Shown here: piece after piece, positions 55,890 to 63,281 of the stretch
Layout of the letters: each line of letters begins with the position of its first letter
How positions within the stretch are numbered: position 1 is the first letter of the stretch
From: a virus
Length of the DNA: 64,000 bases
Virus record (IMG/VR): IMGVR_UViG_3300037483_000793
Coordinates: 1-64,000 of that record
Reading direction: 5' to 3' (one strand)
Translations under genes and position numbers: made by a program
The notes under the pieces: model-generated
Database searches by the model: none
Seen by the model: the letters and a program-made list of their open reading frames with translations, nothing else
Told to the model about the DNA's origin: nothing

Positions 55890-56562
55890 ATGCGCAACGC
55901 GGTGATCATCGAGATCCGCGCCGCCGAAGGTGGCGCCGATGCCAAGCTCTTGGTGGAAGAGCAGACGAAGATCTACATCCGGCTGGCAGGCCGGAGGTCA
56001 CTTTGACGTCGAACTCGTAGAGGAACGCAGCGGCCTCACAGTGCTGCGCGTGACCGGCAAGCACGCTGTCGAGACGTTCCAGCACGAGCCCGGCGGCCAT
56101 CGGTGGCAGAGAATTCCACCCACCGAGAAGCGTGGTCGCGTTCAGACGTCGACGATCACGGTAGCTGTCCTGCCTGAGCCTACAGAAGCGCAGATCGTAC
56201 TGCGCGACGGTGATCTCGACTACAAGTTCTGTCGCGGTTCAGGCGCTGGCGGACAGCACAGGAACGTCACGGACAGTGCCGTGGTGCTGACGCACAAACC
56301 GACTGGCGTCGTCGTTCGTTGCGAGAGCGAACGGTCACAGAACGCGAACAAGGAAACGGCACTCGCCGTTCTGCGCGCGCGGATCTGGGAAGTCACGCAG
56401 CTCGCGCTCGACGGCAAGCGTGCCCATCAACGTCGGCAACAGGTCGGCAGCGGCATGCGCGGCGACAAGATCCGGACGATTCGTGTCCGTGACGACGTCG
56501 TGAACGACCACGTGACGGGCCGCCAGTGGAAGTTTCGCGACTACGAACGCGGCAACTGGTAG
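55890..56562 (+). CDS. class I peptide chain release factor homolog (RF1-like, lacking domain 1), via +1 programmed frameshift: join(55890..56003,56005..56562), 223 aa
   Basis: Frame 0 gives MRNAVIIEIRAAEGGADAKLL...RRSL then TGA. The +1 frame continues DVELVEE...GGHRWQRIPPTEKRGRVQTSTITVAVLPE...RGSGAGGQHRN.TDSAV...ERSQ..NK...RGDKIRT. Confidence 0.9.
55993..56007 (+). promoter_or_regulatory. prfB-type +1 ribosomal frameshift cassette
   Basis: GGAGG-TCA-CTT-TGA-C: internal Shine-Dalgarno, 3-nt spacer, slippery CTT-TGA-C. Confidence 0.88.
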
Positions 56563-56571
56563 TGTCGACGC

Positions 56572-56799
56572 ATGACGCCGATGCACGGCACCGATCTGGA
56601 AGCGATCGTGACGCTGCTCGAACTCGGTGCGATTGAGCTGACGCCGGACCCGTCGGCGCGCTTCACGTTCGAGCAGCTGCTCGCGGAGGCGCGGCGTTAC
56701 GGCGGCGACGAGATCACGCTCGACGAGCGCGACGTTCGCATCGTGCTCGCGGACATGAAGTCGATCAAGCACGAGCGCGGTCTGTACAAGCTCGTCTAA
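56572..56799 (+). CDS. hypothetical protein
   Basis: Last ORF of the rightward operon. Confidence 0.65.
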   Translation: MTPMHGTDLEAIVTLLELGAIELTPDPSARFTFEQLLAEARRYGGDEITLDERDVRIVLADMKSIKHERGLYKLV

Positions 56800-56885
56800 T
56801 TATGCACGCGTGTAGTCAGCGATAGCGTCGAGCATTTCACGTACCGTCGACGCGCGACGAGCCGGTTATGCGGGACTAGTCCCGA

Positions 56886-58145
56886 CTAGACCGGGATCTG
56901 CGCAGCGAGCATCGGATTGAACGCGACGGCTTCGCCAGGCCCACCGGCAGTTCCAGCAGGAGTTGGAATTCCATCGCCAGCGCCGCCTGCGCCGCCACTC
57001 ACGTCGGTCAACCCGAGAAGCGTCATGTTCTCGGTGACAATGAGGATCGAGCCACCCGTACCGCCACCACCACCGCCACCGGGCTCGTTCTCAACCGTAT
57101 CGGCAGCGCCGCCAGCACCGCCGATCGCCCGGATCGATCCGGCGGGCGCGACGATCGTCTTGGCGAAGATCACGAGTGTTCCAGCGCCACCGCCACCACT
57201 GCCGCTACTGCCGCTCACGCCGTTGCCACCACTACCACCGCCGTTGCCGCCACCAATCGCTGTCAACAGTGAGCTGATCGTGATCGCCTGCGACAGCGTG
57301 TATGGCCACGACGGATCAGCCAAGTCGATGCCACCAGCGCCACCCGGTTGCGTCAGGCCGATGGCGCCCGCACCGCCCGTGCCACCCACCCTGGTCGCCG
57401 ACGATTGCGCGGGGCGGTCTGTGCCTCCGATACCAACGTTCCCGGGTCCTGACCCGAAAGGTGGATTGCCTGTCCCGCCGTCGCCGCCGTTGGATGATCC
57501 GATGATCGCGTTCCGGCCGAGTCCCGGCGCAGCCCCCGTGCCACCAGCGCCACCGTTGACGTTGATGTTGCTGCCCGCACCGATCGTGAGCGTGTCCCTG
57601 ACGAAGATCACGACTGCCCGTTGCGTCGCCTGATCCGTGAGACCGCCCACGGTGACACTGTCGCCGGGGCTGATCGTTAGGTTGTCGAAGAACGCGAACG
57701 GTAGCGCCGAACCGACGGGGACTACGGGCGCGCCAGGTGCGCCTGCGAGCGACGTCCATGTTTCGTCACCAGCCGTCACGTAGTCGCCGTACGCACCGTC
57801 GCCATAGATGCTCAGCAGCTGCGACGCCGCGCCGCTACCACCACTGCCGCCCGCGAAGAACAGCGGCGTCAGGCCAATCAACTGCCCCGGCGGTGGGATG
57901 AGCGGCGTGACCGACTCCAGCGTGTGCCAGTATTCGACGTAGACGTTGACGTCCGGATCCGCGCCTGCCAGGCGCGTCGCCGTAACATCGACCGTATCGG
58001 CTGTGATCGTGAAACCGCCTGCGTCGCCGCCGCCGATCTTGGGCATGACCGGCCGACCGTTGACGTTCAGTCGGTGCGGAAGCGATGTGGGCACGCCGAT
58101 AACGAGCCCCGTGAACTGGACGATGTTTTTCAGGATCGTGCCCAT
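56886..58145 (-). CDS. Gly-rich fibre/spike-like protein with N-terminal beta domain
   Basis: GGxGGxG repeats and GGGGGG..G.I.I motifs; N-terminus paralogous to 58460-59080. Confidence 0.75.
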   Translation of the reverse strand: MGTILKNIVQFTGLVIGVPTSLPHRLNVNGRPVMPKIGGGDAGGFTITADTVDVTATRLAGADPDVNVYVEYWHTLESVTPLIPPPGQLIGLTPLFFAGGSGGSGAASQLLSIYGDGAYGDYVTAGDETWTSLAGAPGAPVVPVGSALPFAFFDNLTISPGDSVTVGGLTDQATQRAVVIFVRDTLTIGAGSNINVNGGAGGTGAAPGLGRNAIIGSSNGGDGGTGNPPFGSGPGNVGIGGTDRPAQSSATRVGGTGGAGAIGLTQPGGAGGIDLADPSWPYTLSQAITISSLLTAIGGGNGGGSGGNGVSGSSGSGGGGAGTLVIFAKTIVAPAGSIRAIGGAGGAADTVENEPGGGGGGGTGGSILIVTENMTLLGLTDVSGGAGGAGDGIPTPAGTAGGPGEAVAFNPMLAAQIPV

Positions 58146-58169
58146 CGGTGTAATATACCCCAAAACAGC

Positions 58170-58185
58170 GATCGCTCACGCGATC
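58170..58185. promoter_or_regulatory. palindromic site GATCGC-N4-GCGATC
   Basis: GATCGCTCACGCGATCGACG is identical (20 bp) to 26370-26389. Confidence 0.65.
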
Positions 58186-58274
58186 GACGCACGCCAACGT
58201 CATGTCTACACACCCGTTTCCATGCCTCAGCCCCACTACCGCGCGGGTATCGCCCGCGCCTCGTGGAGGCCAAC

Positions 58275-58463
58275 ATGTGGAACAGCAAGCCCAAGAAGTC
58301 AGGATGCGACTGCCGCGGTCGCGCACACGGTAACCCAAAGACGGGCCACGGCCCATGCTACGGCTACAACGACCAGCGTCCCGCCGTCGTACAACGTATC
58401 GCCGGAAAGAAGCTCGTGAAGCGCTGGCTAGTAGCGTGTCGGCTCGATGACGTCGACGACTAG
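58275..58463 (+). CDS. small Cys/His-containing protein
   Basis: GGAGG RBS; CDC...H...PC. Confidence 0.6.
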   Translation: MWNSKPKKSGCDCRGRAHGNPKTGHGPCYGYNDQRPAVVQRIAGKKLVKRWLVACRLDDVDD

Positions 58464-59080
58464 AAGTTCCTGAACGTCAGGCTGGCGCCGACGCTGAACG
58501 CGAAATCGGTCGGGGCACCCGCTGCGCTGAACGTCCGCACGAGGAGCTGCGAAGTGCTCGCCCACTCGTACGTGATCATGCCCGGCGTCACACCCGTGTT
58601 GAGACCGGGCGCGACGACGACGTTGTCAGTACCGCCGGGGGCAGGCAACGGCACGGTGAGGTTGATCGTGTAGAGACCGGATGCAGGTACGTGCACGATA
58701 CTCGCGACGTTGTACTGTCCAAGCGGCGAACCTGCAGCATCAACATTCGCCTCCATGAACGGAAAGCGATCGCTGCTCGACGCAGGGACGAACGGTCGCG
58801 GAGAGAGGCCTGCAAACGGGTTACCGAAGGCTCGACCGATCTGCCGCGGGATCGAGTGCTTGTGCTCGACCCAGACGTTCGATTGCGTGATCAGCCCGCC
58901 CGTGTTGTTGGTGAACTCGACGATGGTCTCGGTCGCGGACAACCGGATGCCTGCCTGATCAGCCATGAGCAGATCAGGGACCTCGGGCGTACCGTTGATG
59001 TTGATGTTGTGCGGCAGCTGGACGGTCGCGCCGGGTGCCACGTTCGTGAACTGGAGAATCTGAAGAAGCTGCTGCGCCAT
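58460..59080 (-). CDS. two-domain putative structural protein
   Basis: N-domain QILQFTN...LPHNINING.P.VP...NVWVEHKHSI; C-domain resembles fibre-tip beta domains (GLYTINL...FSV). Confidence 0.75.
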   Translation of the reverse strand: MAQQLLQILQFTNVAPGATVQLPHNININGTPEVPDLLMADQAGIRLSATETIVEFTNNTGGLITQSNVWVEHKHSIPRQIGRAFGNPFAGLSPRPFVPASSSDRFPFMEANVDAAGSPLGQYNVASIVHVPASGLYTINLTVPLPAPGGTDNVVVAPGLNTGVTPGMITYEWASTSQLLVRTFSAAGAPTDFAFSVGASLTFRNF

Positions 59081-59105
59081 GCCCCGAATGTACGCCTTTG
59101 TGGCC

Positions 59106-59121
59106 GATCGCGCGAGCGATC
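59106..59121. promoter_or_regulatory. palindromic site GATCGC-N4-GCGATC
   Basis: GATCGCGCGAGCGATC, intergenic. Confidence 0.65.
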
Positions 59122-59123
59122 AC

Positions 59124-59354
59124 CTACCAACCGTCGAGCCGGACGAACAGATGAAACGTGCACGGCGGGAACGGACATACGTACGACGGCGAGACCGTAC
59201 CGTCGTCGGCGACCATGTGATTGCGCCCAACCATCGAGACCTTGCCGCAGTTCGGGCACACGCACTCGGCCCAGAACCGCTGCGTCGGCGTCTTCAGGTG
59301 GTATCGCCGCCAGATCTCTGTGATGCGTCGATAGGTACCCGGCTCGGTCGGCAT
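59124..59354 (-). CDS. small Zn-finger protein
   Basis: CPNCG...H.V..DG.VSPSYVCP...C.FH pattern. Confidence 0.65.
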   Translation of the reverse strand: MPTEPGTYRRITEIWRRYHLKTPTQRFWAECVCPNCGKVSMVGRNHMVADDGTVSPSYVCPFPPCTFHLFVRLDGW

Positions 59355-59394
59355 CGCACGCGAATCGGCACGACGAAACACGTACACGATCTTC

Positions 59395-60156
59395 GTGTAC
59401 GCTCGAAGCGTGTTGCAGCGCAAGGACATGTACGAGTTGTCCGATCCGCTCAGCCCGCTTGCGCGCGCTGAGGAGCGACAGATCATGCTCGATCTACTCG
59501 ATGTGCAACCGCACCACGTCGTCGTCGACGTCCCAGCGTGGACTGGCTATCTCGCCGAGGGCATCACGAACATCGTCGACCCCAAACAGATCATGTGCGT
59601 CGAAGCGTCGCCGCGCTTCGCCGCAGGTATCTCACCGCGGTTCGATGCGCGCTGCACGTCGCAGATAACCATCCCGATGGCCAATGCGCACGCCGATCGC
59701 CTCGGCAGTCTCGTCGGCATGCATCACTTGCCCGACAAGCTCGCGTTCATCCGCGAGTGCACGCGCGTCGTGAAGCCCGGCGGTCGGCTCGCATTCAGTG
59801 AAGTCGTCGTCGACTCACCCGTCGCCGAGTTCTTGAACGGCCCCGTGCATCGCTACACGACCAACGGTCACAAGGGCGCGTTCGTCAAACCGGGCGAGCT
59901 GTACGACCTCTTGTGGGCTGCAGGCTGCAACAGCATCACCGAGCGCGTCTGCCACCTGTTCTGGGTGTTCTCGTCGCTCGACGAGCTTGCGCGCTTCGCG
60001 CGCGGCTTGCTTGGCTTAGCACGAGCGACCGAGGCACAGACACTGACGGCGATCCGCGAGTACTTCGAGCTGGCCATCACGGTGCAGCCCGATGGAACGA
60101 TCACACAGGTGAAGTTGCCGTGGTCGCTCGCGTACGTCGTCGGAGTGCGATCGTGA
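59395..60156 (+). CDS. class I SAM-dependent methyltransferase
   Basis: VVVDVPAWTGY motif I, CVEASP, LVGMHH, RVVKPGGR. Confidence 0.85.
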   Translation: MYARSVLQRKDMYELSDPLSPLARAEERQIMLDLLDVQPHHVVVDVPAWTGYLAEGITNIVDPKQIMCVEASPRFAAGISPRFDARCTSQITIPMANAHADRLGSLVGMHHLPDKLAFIRECTRVVKPGGRLAFSEVVVDSPVAEFLNGPVHRYTTNGHKGAFVKPGELYDLLWAAGCNSITERVCHLFWVFSSLDELARFARGLLGLARATEAQTLTAIREYFELAITVQPDGTITQVKLPWSLAYVVGVRS

Positions 60157-60464
60157 CCGTCGCAGACGGACGCTGCTTCCCGTGGGCGTACGAGAACCTG
60201 CCCGACGCGAGCAACGCGCGCCTCGTGCACGCGACTGTCCACGATCCGTGGTCCGGCAAGCCGTACCTGCACGCGTGGATCGAACGTGTCGGCCGCGTCT
60301 ACGACTGGCAGTCGGTCGAGCGGGGCATGGGACCGGGCGCCCGTGGCTGGGGCAAGAAGAAGTTCTACGCCGCGTACAGGCCCGTCGATGTCAAGGTGTA
60401 CGACTACGAAGCGGCGCAGGAACGCCCGTGGCTGAGCCACGGACCGGGAAAACTCGTTCGCTGA
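60153..60464 (+). CDS. hypothetical protein
   Basis: GTGA overlap; YLHAWIE...VYD. Confidence 0.65.
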   Translation: MTVADGRCFPWAYENLPDASNARLVHATVHDPWSGKPYLHAWIERVGRVYDWQSVERGMGPGARGWGKKKFYAAYRPVDVKVYDYEAAQERPWLSHGPGKLVR

Positions 60465-60504
60465 CGATTTCCTGCAACAAACAGCTCGCTCGCGCACATA
60501 GAGA

Positions 60505-60607
60505 AGTGACGGCGAGGAGCGGGCGTTGCACACCGGAGTAGCTACTCGGTGTTCGGCGAACGTGGGGTCAACGAACGGGAAAGCCTAGCCCTGACCTCGC
60601 CGTCACT
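60505..60607. ncRNA. about 103-nt structured RNA candidate
   Basis: Perfect 13-bp closing helix AGTGACGGCGAGG/CCTCGCCGTCACT enclosing ACACCG/CGGTGT and other stems. Confidence 0.45.
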
Positions 60608-60636
60608 GCACGTAAGCCAGAGCGCGGAGCGCCGAG

Positions 60637-61014
60637 CTACAGCTTCTTCGCGCAGTCGACGCAGAGATCCGGCGCAGTCTTCGCGGGACCGTCGATTTGA
60701 TTGACGAAGCGCCAACCTTGCGCCAGCAGTTGAAACCAAGCCGCTCCGCGGCTCTGGCCTATGACAGTGCTGCTTGCGCCGCAGCGATCACACGTGATCG
60801 TCAGCTCGACGTGATCAGCCATCTTGAACTTCGTCGGCCTGTCATCGTGGTCATGGCACAGGAACGGCCCGTCGGGCAGGCGCGGATCGTCTTTCGCAAC
60901 GAAGAACGACATCCGGCAGTCGCCGCGTGAACAGTCCACGGTCACGTGGGGTGCGTTCGGATCGGGCGGGCCTTCGAGCGGTGAGAGGTATCGATTGTCG
61001 TCGTCGTTCGGCAT
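60637..61014 (-). CDS. Zn-finger hypothetical protein
   Basis: C....C, CHDH, CDRC, CVDC. Confidence 0.7.
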   Translation of the reverse strand: MPNDDDNRYLSPLEGPPDPNAPHVTVDCSRGDCRMSFFVAKDDPRLPDGPFLCHDHDDRPTKFKMADHVELTITCDRCGASSTVIGQSRGAAWFQLLAQGWRFVNQIDGPAKTAPDLCVDCAKKL

Positions 61015-61278
61015 CTACTTCCCTTGGTCGTCCGGGTCCACCGGCAGTCCCGGCAGCTTCTCACGACACTTCGGGCACGTCATCGTCAACGTCGTTTTCG
61101 CGATGCGGCCACCCGAGTACAGCCAGCCGGACAGTGTCAGCCAGCGCATCACGAACGCTTTGGGGTCGGTGACGTGTCGGCCGAAGCCGAATGCTCCGTT
61201 CGCGTGCAGCTCGTGCTGTGCGTACGTCGCCGAGATGCGCACCGAGTTGCTGCAGTAACCGCAGTCGACGCGAAACAC
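61015..61278 (-). CDS. Zn-finger hypothetical protein
   Basis: TAGTG overlap; CGYC, CPKC. Confidence 0.6.
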   Translation of the reverse strand: MFRVDCGYCSNSVRISATYAQHELHANGAFGFGRHVTDPKAFVMRWLTLSGWLYSGGRIAKTTLTMTCPKCREKLPGLPVDPDDQGK

Positions 61279-61532
61279 TACGTGCTGACCGTACCGATGT
61301 GCGTGCGTGCGAGCTTGCGGCCCGTCAACTTGAAGTACTTGACGTCGTCGCGCCGCGGCCACGTGAAGCCGCACATGCGCGGGTTCGGGTAGTCGCCGAT
61401 CATGCCGTGGCAGTGGCCCGTGCCGCTCTGTGGATCGTCGAGCGCGCCCATGTCGAGCGACGTTCCAAACTCCAAGCCGCCGCAGCGCGGGCATTTGAAC
61501 TGCGTCTCGGCGATCAGGGCGTCGTTCGGCAT
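61278..61532 (-). CDS. Zn-ribbon hypothetical protein
   Basis: CPRCG...C...CGF.W. Confidence 0.65.
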   Translation of the reverse strand: MPNDALIAETQFKCPRCGGLEFGTSLDMGALDDPQSGTGHCHGMIGDYPNPRMCGFTWPRRDDVKYFKLTGRKLARTHIGTVST

Positions 61533-61673
61533 CTAGTGACGATAGCGCCAAGCGTCGAAGCGGTCACGTGCCGCTATGTAGATCCCGATGGGGATCCCGA
61601 ACACGATGAACAGTGACCAGTCACGCAGTCGCACGCGCCCGCCTTCGATGCCGAACAGTACGGTCTTTGCCCA

Positions 61674-61961
61674 TCACGCCACCACGAACCTGAATGTATC
61701 AATGACTTGCCCGTTGCGGACGATCGCTAGGCCGCGGCTGCCCGCGCGTGCAGTCCACGGACCGTTCCAGTAATAGAGCTGATCGCCGAGCTGCATCGTA
61801 GCTGCGATTGTTTGGCGCGTCGTCGTGCCGTAGATCTTCGGGTTGTGCATGTCCTCTGCGAGCGTCGTCTTTGGCATGCTTGGATGTGGCGGGAACTTCC
61901 ACGGCTGCAGCCGTTCCTCGACGGACGTCACGAGCCACAGCGTCTTGCCGTCGTAGGACAT
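61674..61961 (-). CDS. hypothetical protein (alternative GTG start at 61976)
   Basis: Downstream of the palindrome and TAGGAT; GLAIVRNG.VI ending. Confidence 0.65.
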   Translation of the reverse strand: MSYDGKTLWLVTSVEERLQPWKFPPHPSMPKTTLAEDMHNPKIYGTTTRQTIAATMQLGDQLYYWNGPWTARAGSRGLAIVRNGQVIDTFRFVVA

Positions 61962-61991
61962 GCTCGGCGGCGGCACGCACCATCCTACCTC

Positions 61992-62007
61992 GATCGCTCG
62001 CGCGATC
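61992..62007. promoter_or_regulatory. palindromic site GATCGC-N4-GCGATC
   Basis: GATCGCTCGCGCGATC; on the - strand it is followed by GAGG-TAGGAT. Confidence 0.65.
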
Positions 62008-62647
62008 AGCGCGGTGCACGAGCCGCCTTCGGCGGCGACTTCGGGCCCGGCTTTCGAGCGCCGCGCCGCGCGGGCGGCAGGCTTGCGGCGAGCGGCCGGA
62101 CCCGCAGGTTGCGTGGGTCGCAGTTCCACGGGTCGCCGTCGATCAGCTCGACAGCTTCGCCGCGGGTCAGCGGACGGCCGAGCTGGAGACTGGCGACGAG
62201 CCGGTGAATCGACACGTAACCGCGGCGGTCGGCGAGAACGTACTCCGGCCAGCGCACCGACGGGGCGGCGCCGCGCAGAACGACCTCTCGCGTGATCCCG
62301 TCGGGACACGTGAAAACCTGCCCGGAAGACGGCTTACGGCCGCCTTTGTACGGACGACGATTTGCGGCCTGTTCGAGCCATGTCGCCCAGCGGCAGTTGT
62401 CCGGCGCGTAGTCCCCGTTGTTGTCGGGATACCGATCGAGCGTGTGCTTGGGGCTCGGACGCGGTCCGAGGTCCGCGTAGAAGGCCTCGAAATCCCGCCA
62501 GCGATCGCAGACGCGGATCCCCCGGCCGCCGTAGTGCTTGAAGGCTTTGTTCCCAGGGTTGGTGCAGCGATTCAACATCCCACGCCAGACGCTGTACTCG
62601 GGGCGGTAGCTGGCTGGGGGCAAGTCGAGAAGCCGAGGGCGGGGCAT
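62006..62647 (-). CDS. HNH endonuclease-like protein with two HNH-type modules
   Basis: YSVW..M..RC.NP...YGGRGI.VC.RW..F..F..D.G...TLDR..NNGDY.PDNCRWAT.LEQ..NR, then HRLVA...ELIDGDPWNC...NL. Confidence 0.85.
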   Translation of the reverse strand: MPRPRLLDLPPASYRPEYSVWRGMLNRCTNPGNKAFKHYGGRGIRVCDRWRDFEAFYADLGPRPSPKHTLDRYPDNNGDYAPDNCRWATWLEQAANRRPYKGGRKPSSGQVFTCPDGITREVVLRGAAPSVRWPEYVLADRRGYVSIHRLVASLQLGRPLTRGEAVELIDGDPWNCDPRNLRVRPLAASLPPARRGARKPGPKSPPKAARAPR

Positions 62648-62801
62648 CGAGTTGAGGTACGTCGTCGTCGGGCTAACGTCAACGCAAAAGTAAATCATAG
62701 TGTAAATGCTTGAAATCATTAAGGAATCCAGGGATCTACCACCCGCAACACTCCCACCGGAGTGTTGCGTTTCCAGGCCCTGATGTCGTAGGGTTACGGG
62801 C

Positions 62802-63281
62802 ATGCCCGACGACGACGATCCGGAGGCCGCCGTGGAGCGTATCGAGCGGCTCTCCGACGAGGAGCTGCTGGCCGAGGCCGCCGCCGCAGGCGTCGACGTT
62901 CCAGCTGAGGCCGCGCGGGTCCGCGGGGTGCTCACCGACGCTGTTCGCCGGGCGAAAGCCGATCTCGATTGCTGGAGCCCTGCCCTACCGGCCGCGCTGG
63001 CCGTCAGTCCCGTCTGCGACCTGGTTCTGCTCTACGCCAGCCCGGCCGAGCGGAGTCGGGCTGTCCTTGAAGCGATCGCCCGTCAATCGCCGCCCGCGGC
63101 TCTCATGGTCGACCGGCCGAAGGCCGCCGAGCCCGAGCTGCCGATCGACGTGTCGATCACCGTGCCGTTCGTGGGGCGGTTCCGCGGGGACGGCTGTTCA
63201 CCGATGTGCCGCGTGCTCGACGGCCCCGACCGGCGCCGCGGGTTGCCGCTGAAGTGCATCTGCGGGCGGTACCCGTCGTGA
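62802..63281 (+). CDS. hypothetical protein
   Basis: ATG lies 7 nt after TAGGGT; GTGA overlap with the recombinase. Confidence 0.55.
   Translation: MPDDDDPEAAVERIERLSDEELLAEAAAAGVDVPAEAARVRGVLTDAVRRAKADLDCWSPALPAALAVSPVCDLVLLYASPAERSRAVLEAIARQSPPAALMVDRPKAAEPELPIDVSITVPFVGRFRGDGCSPMCRVLDGPDRRRGLPLKCICGRYPS

Noticed and set aside
55930-56004. ORF-track N-terminus MAPMPSSWWKSRRRSTSGWQAGGHF of the release factor
   Set aside because: It has no release-factor similarity, whereas frame 0 from 55890 supplies the expected EIRA..GG.DA helix.
58275-60156. RiPP cluster (Cys-rich peptide + methyltransferase + C39 peptidase)
   Set aside because: The genes are on mixed strands, the C39 gene is about 26 kb away, and there is no transporter, leader motif or maturase linkage.
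61536-61676. TGA readthrough extending 61674-61961 by 46 codons
   Set aside because: There is no recoding signal; an independent short membrane peptide from an internal GTG explains the open frame equally well.
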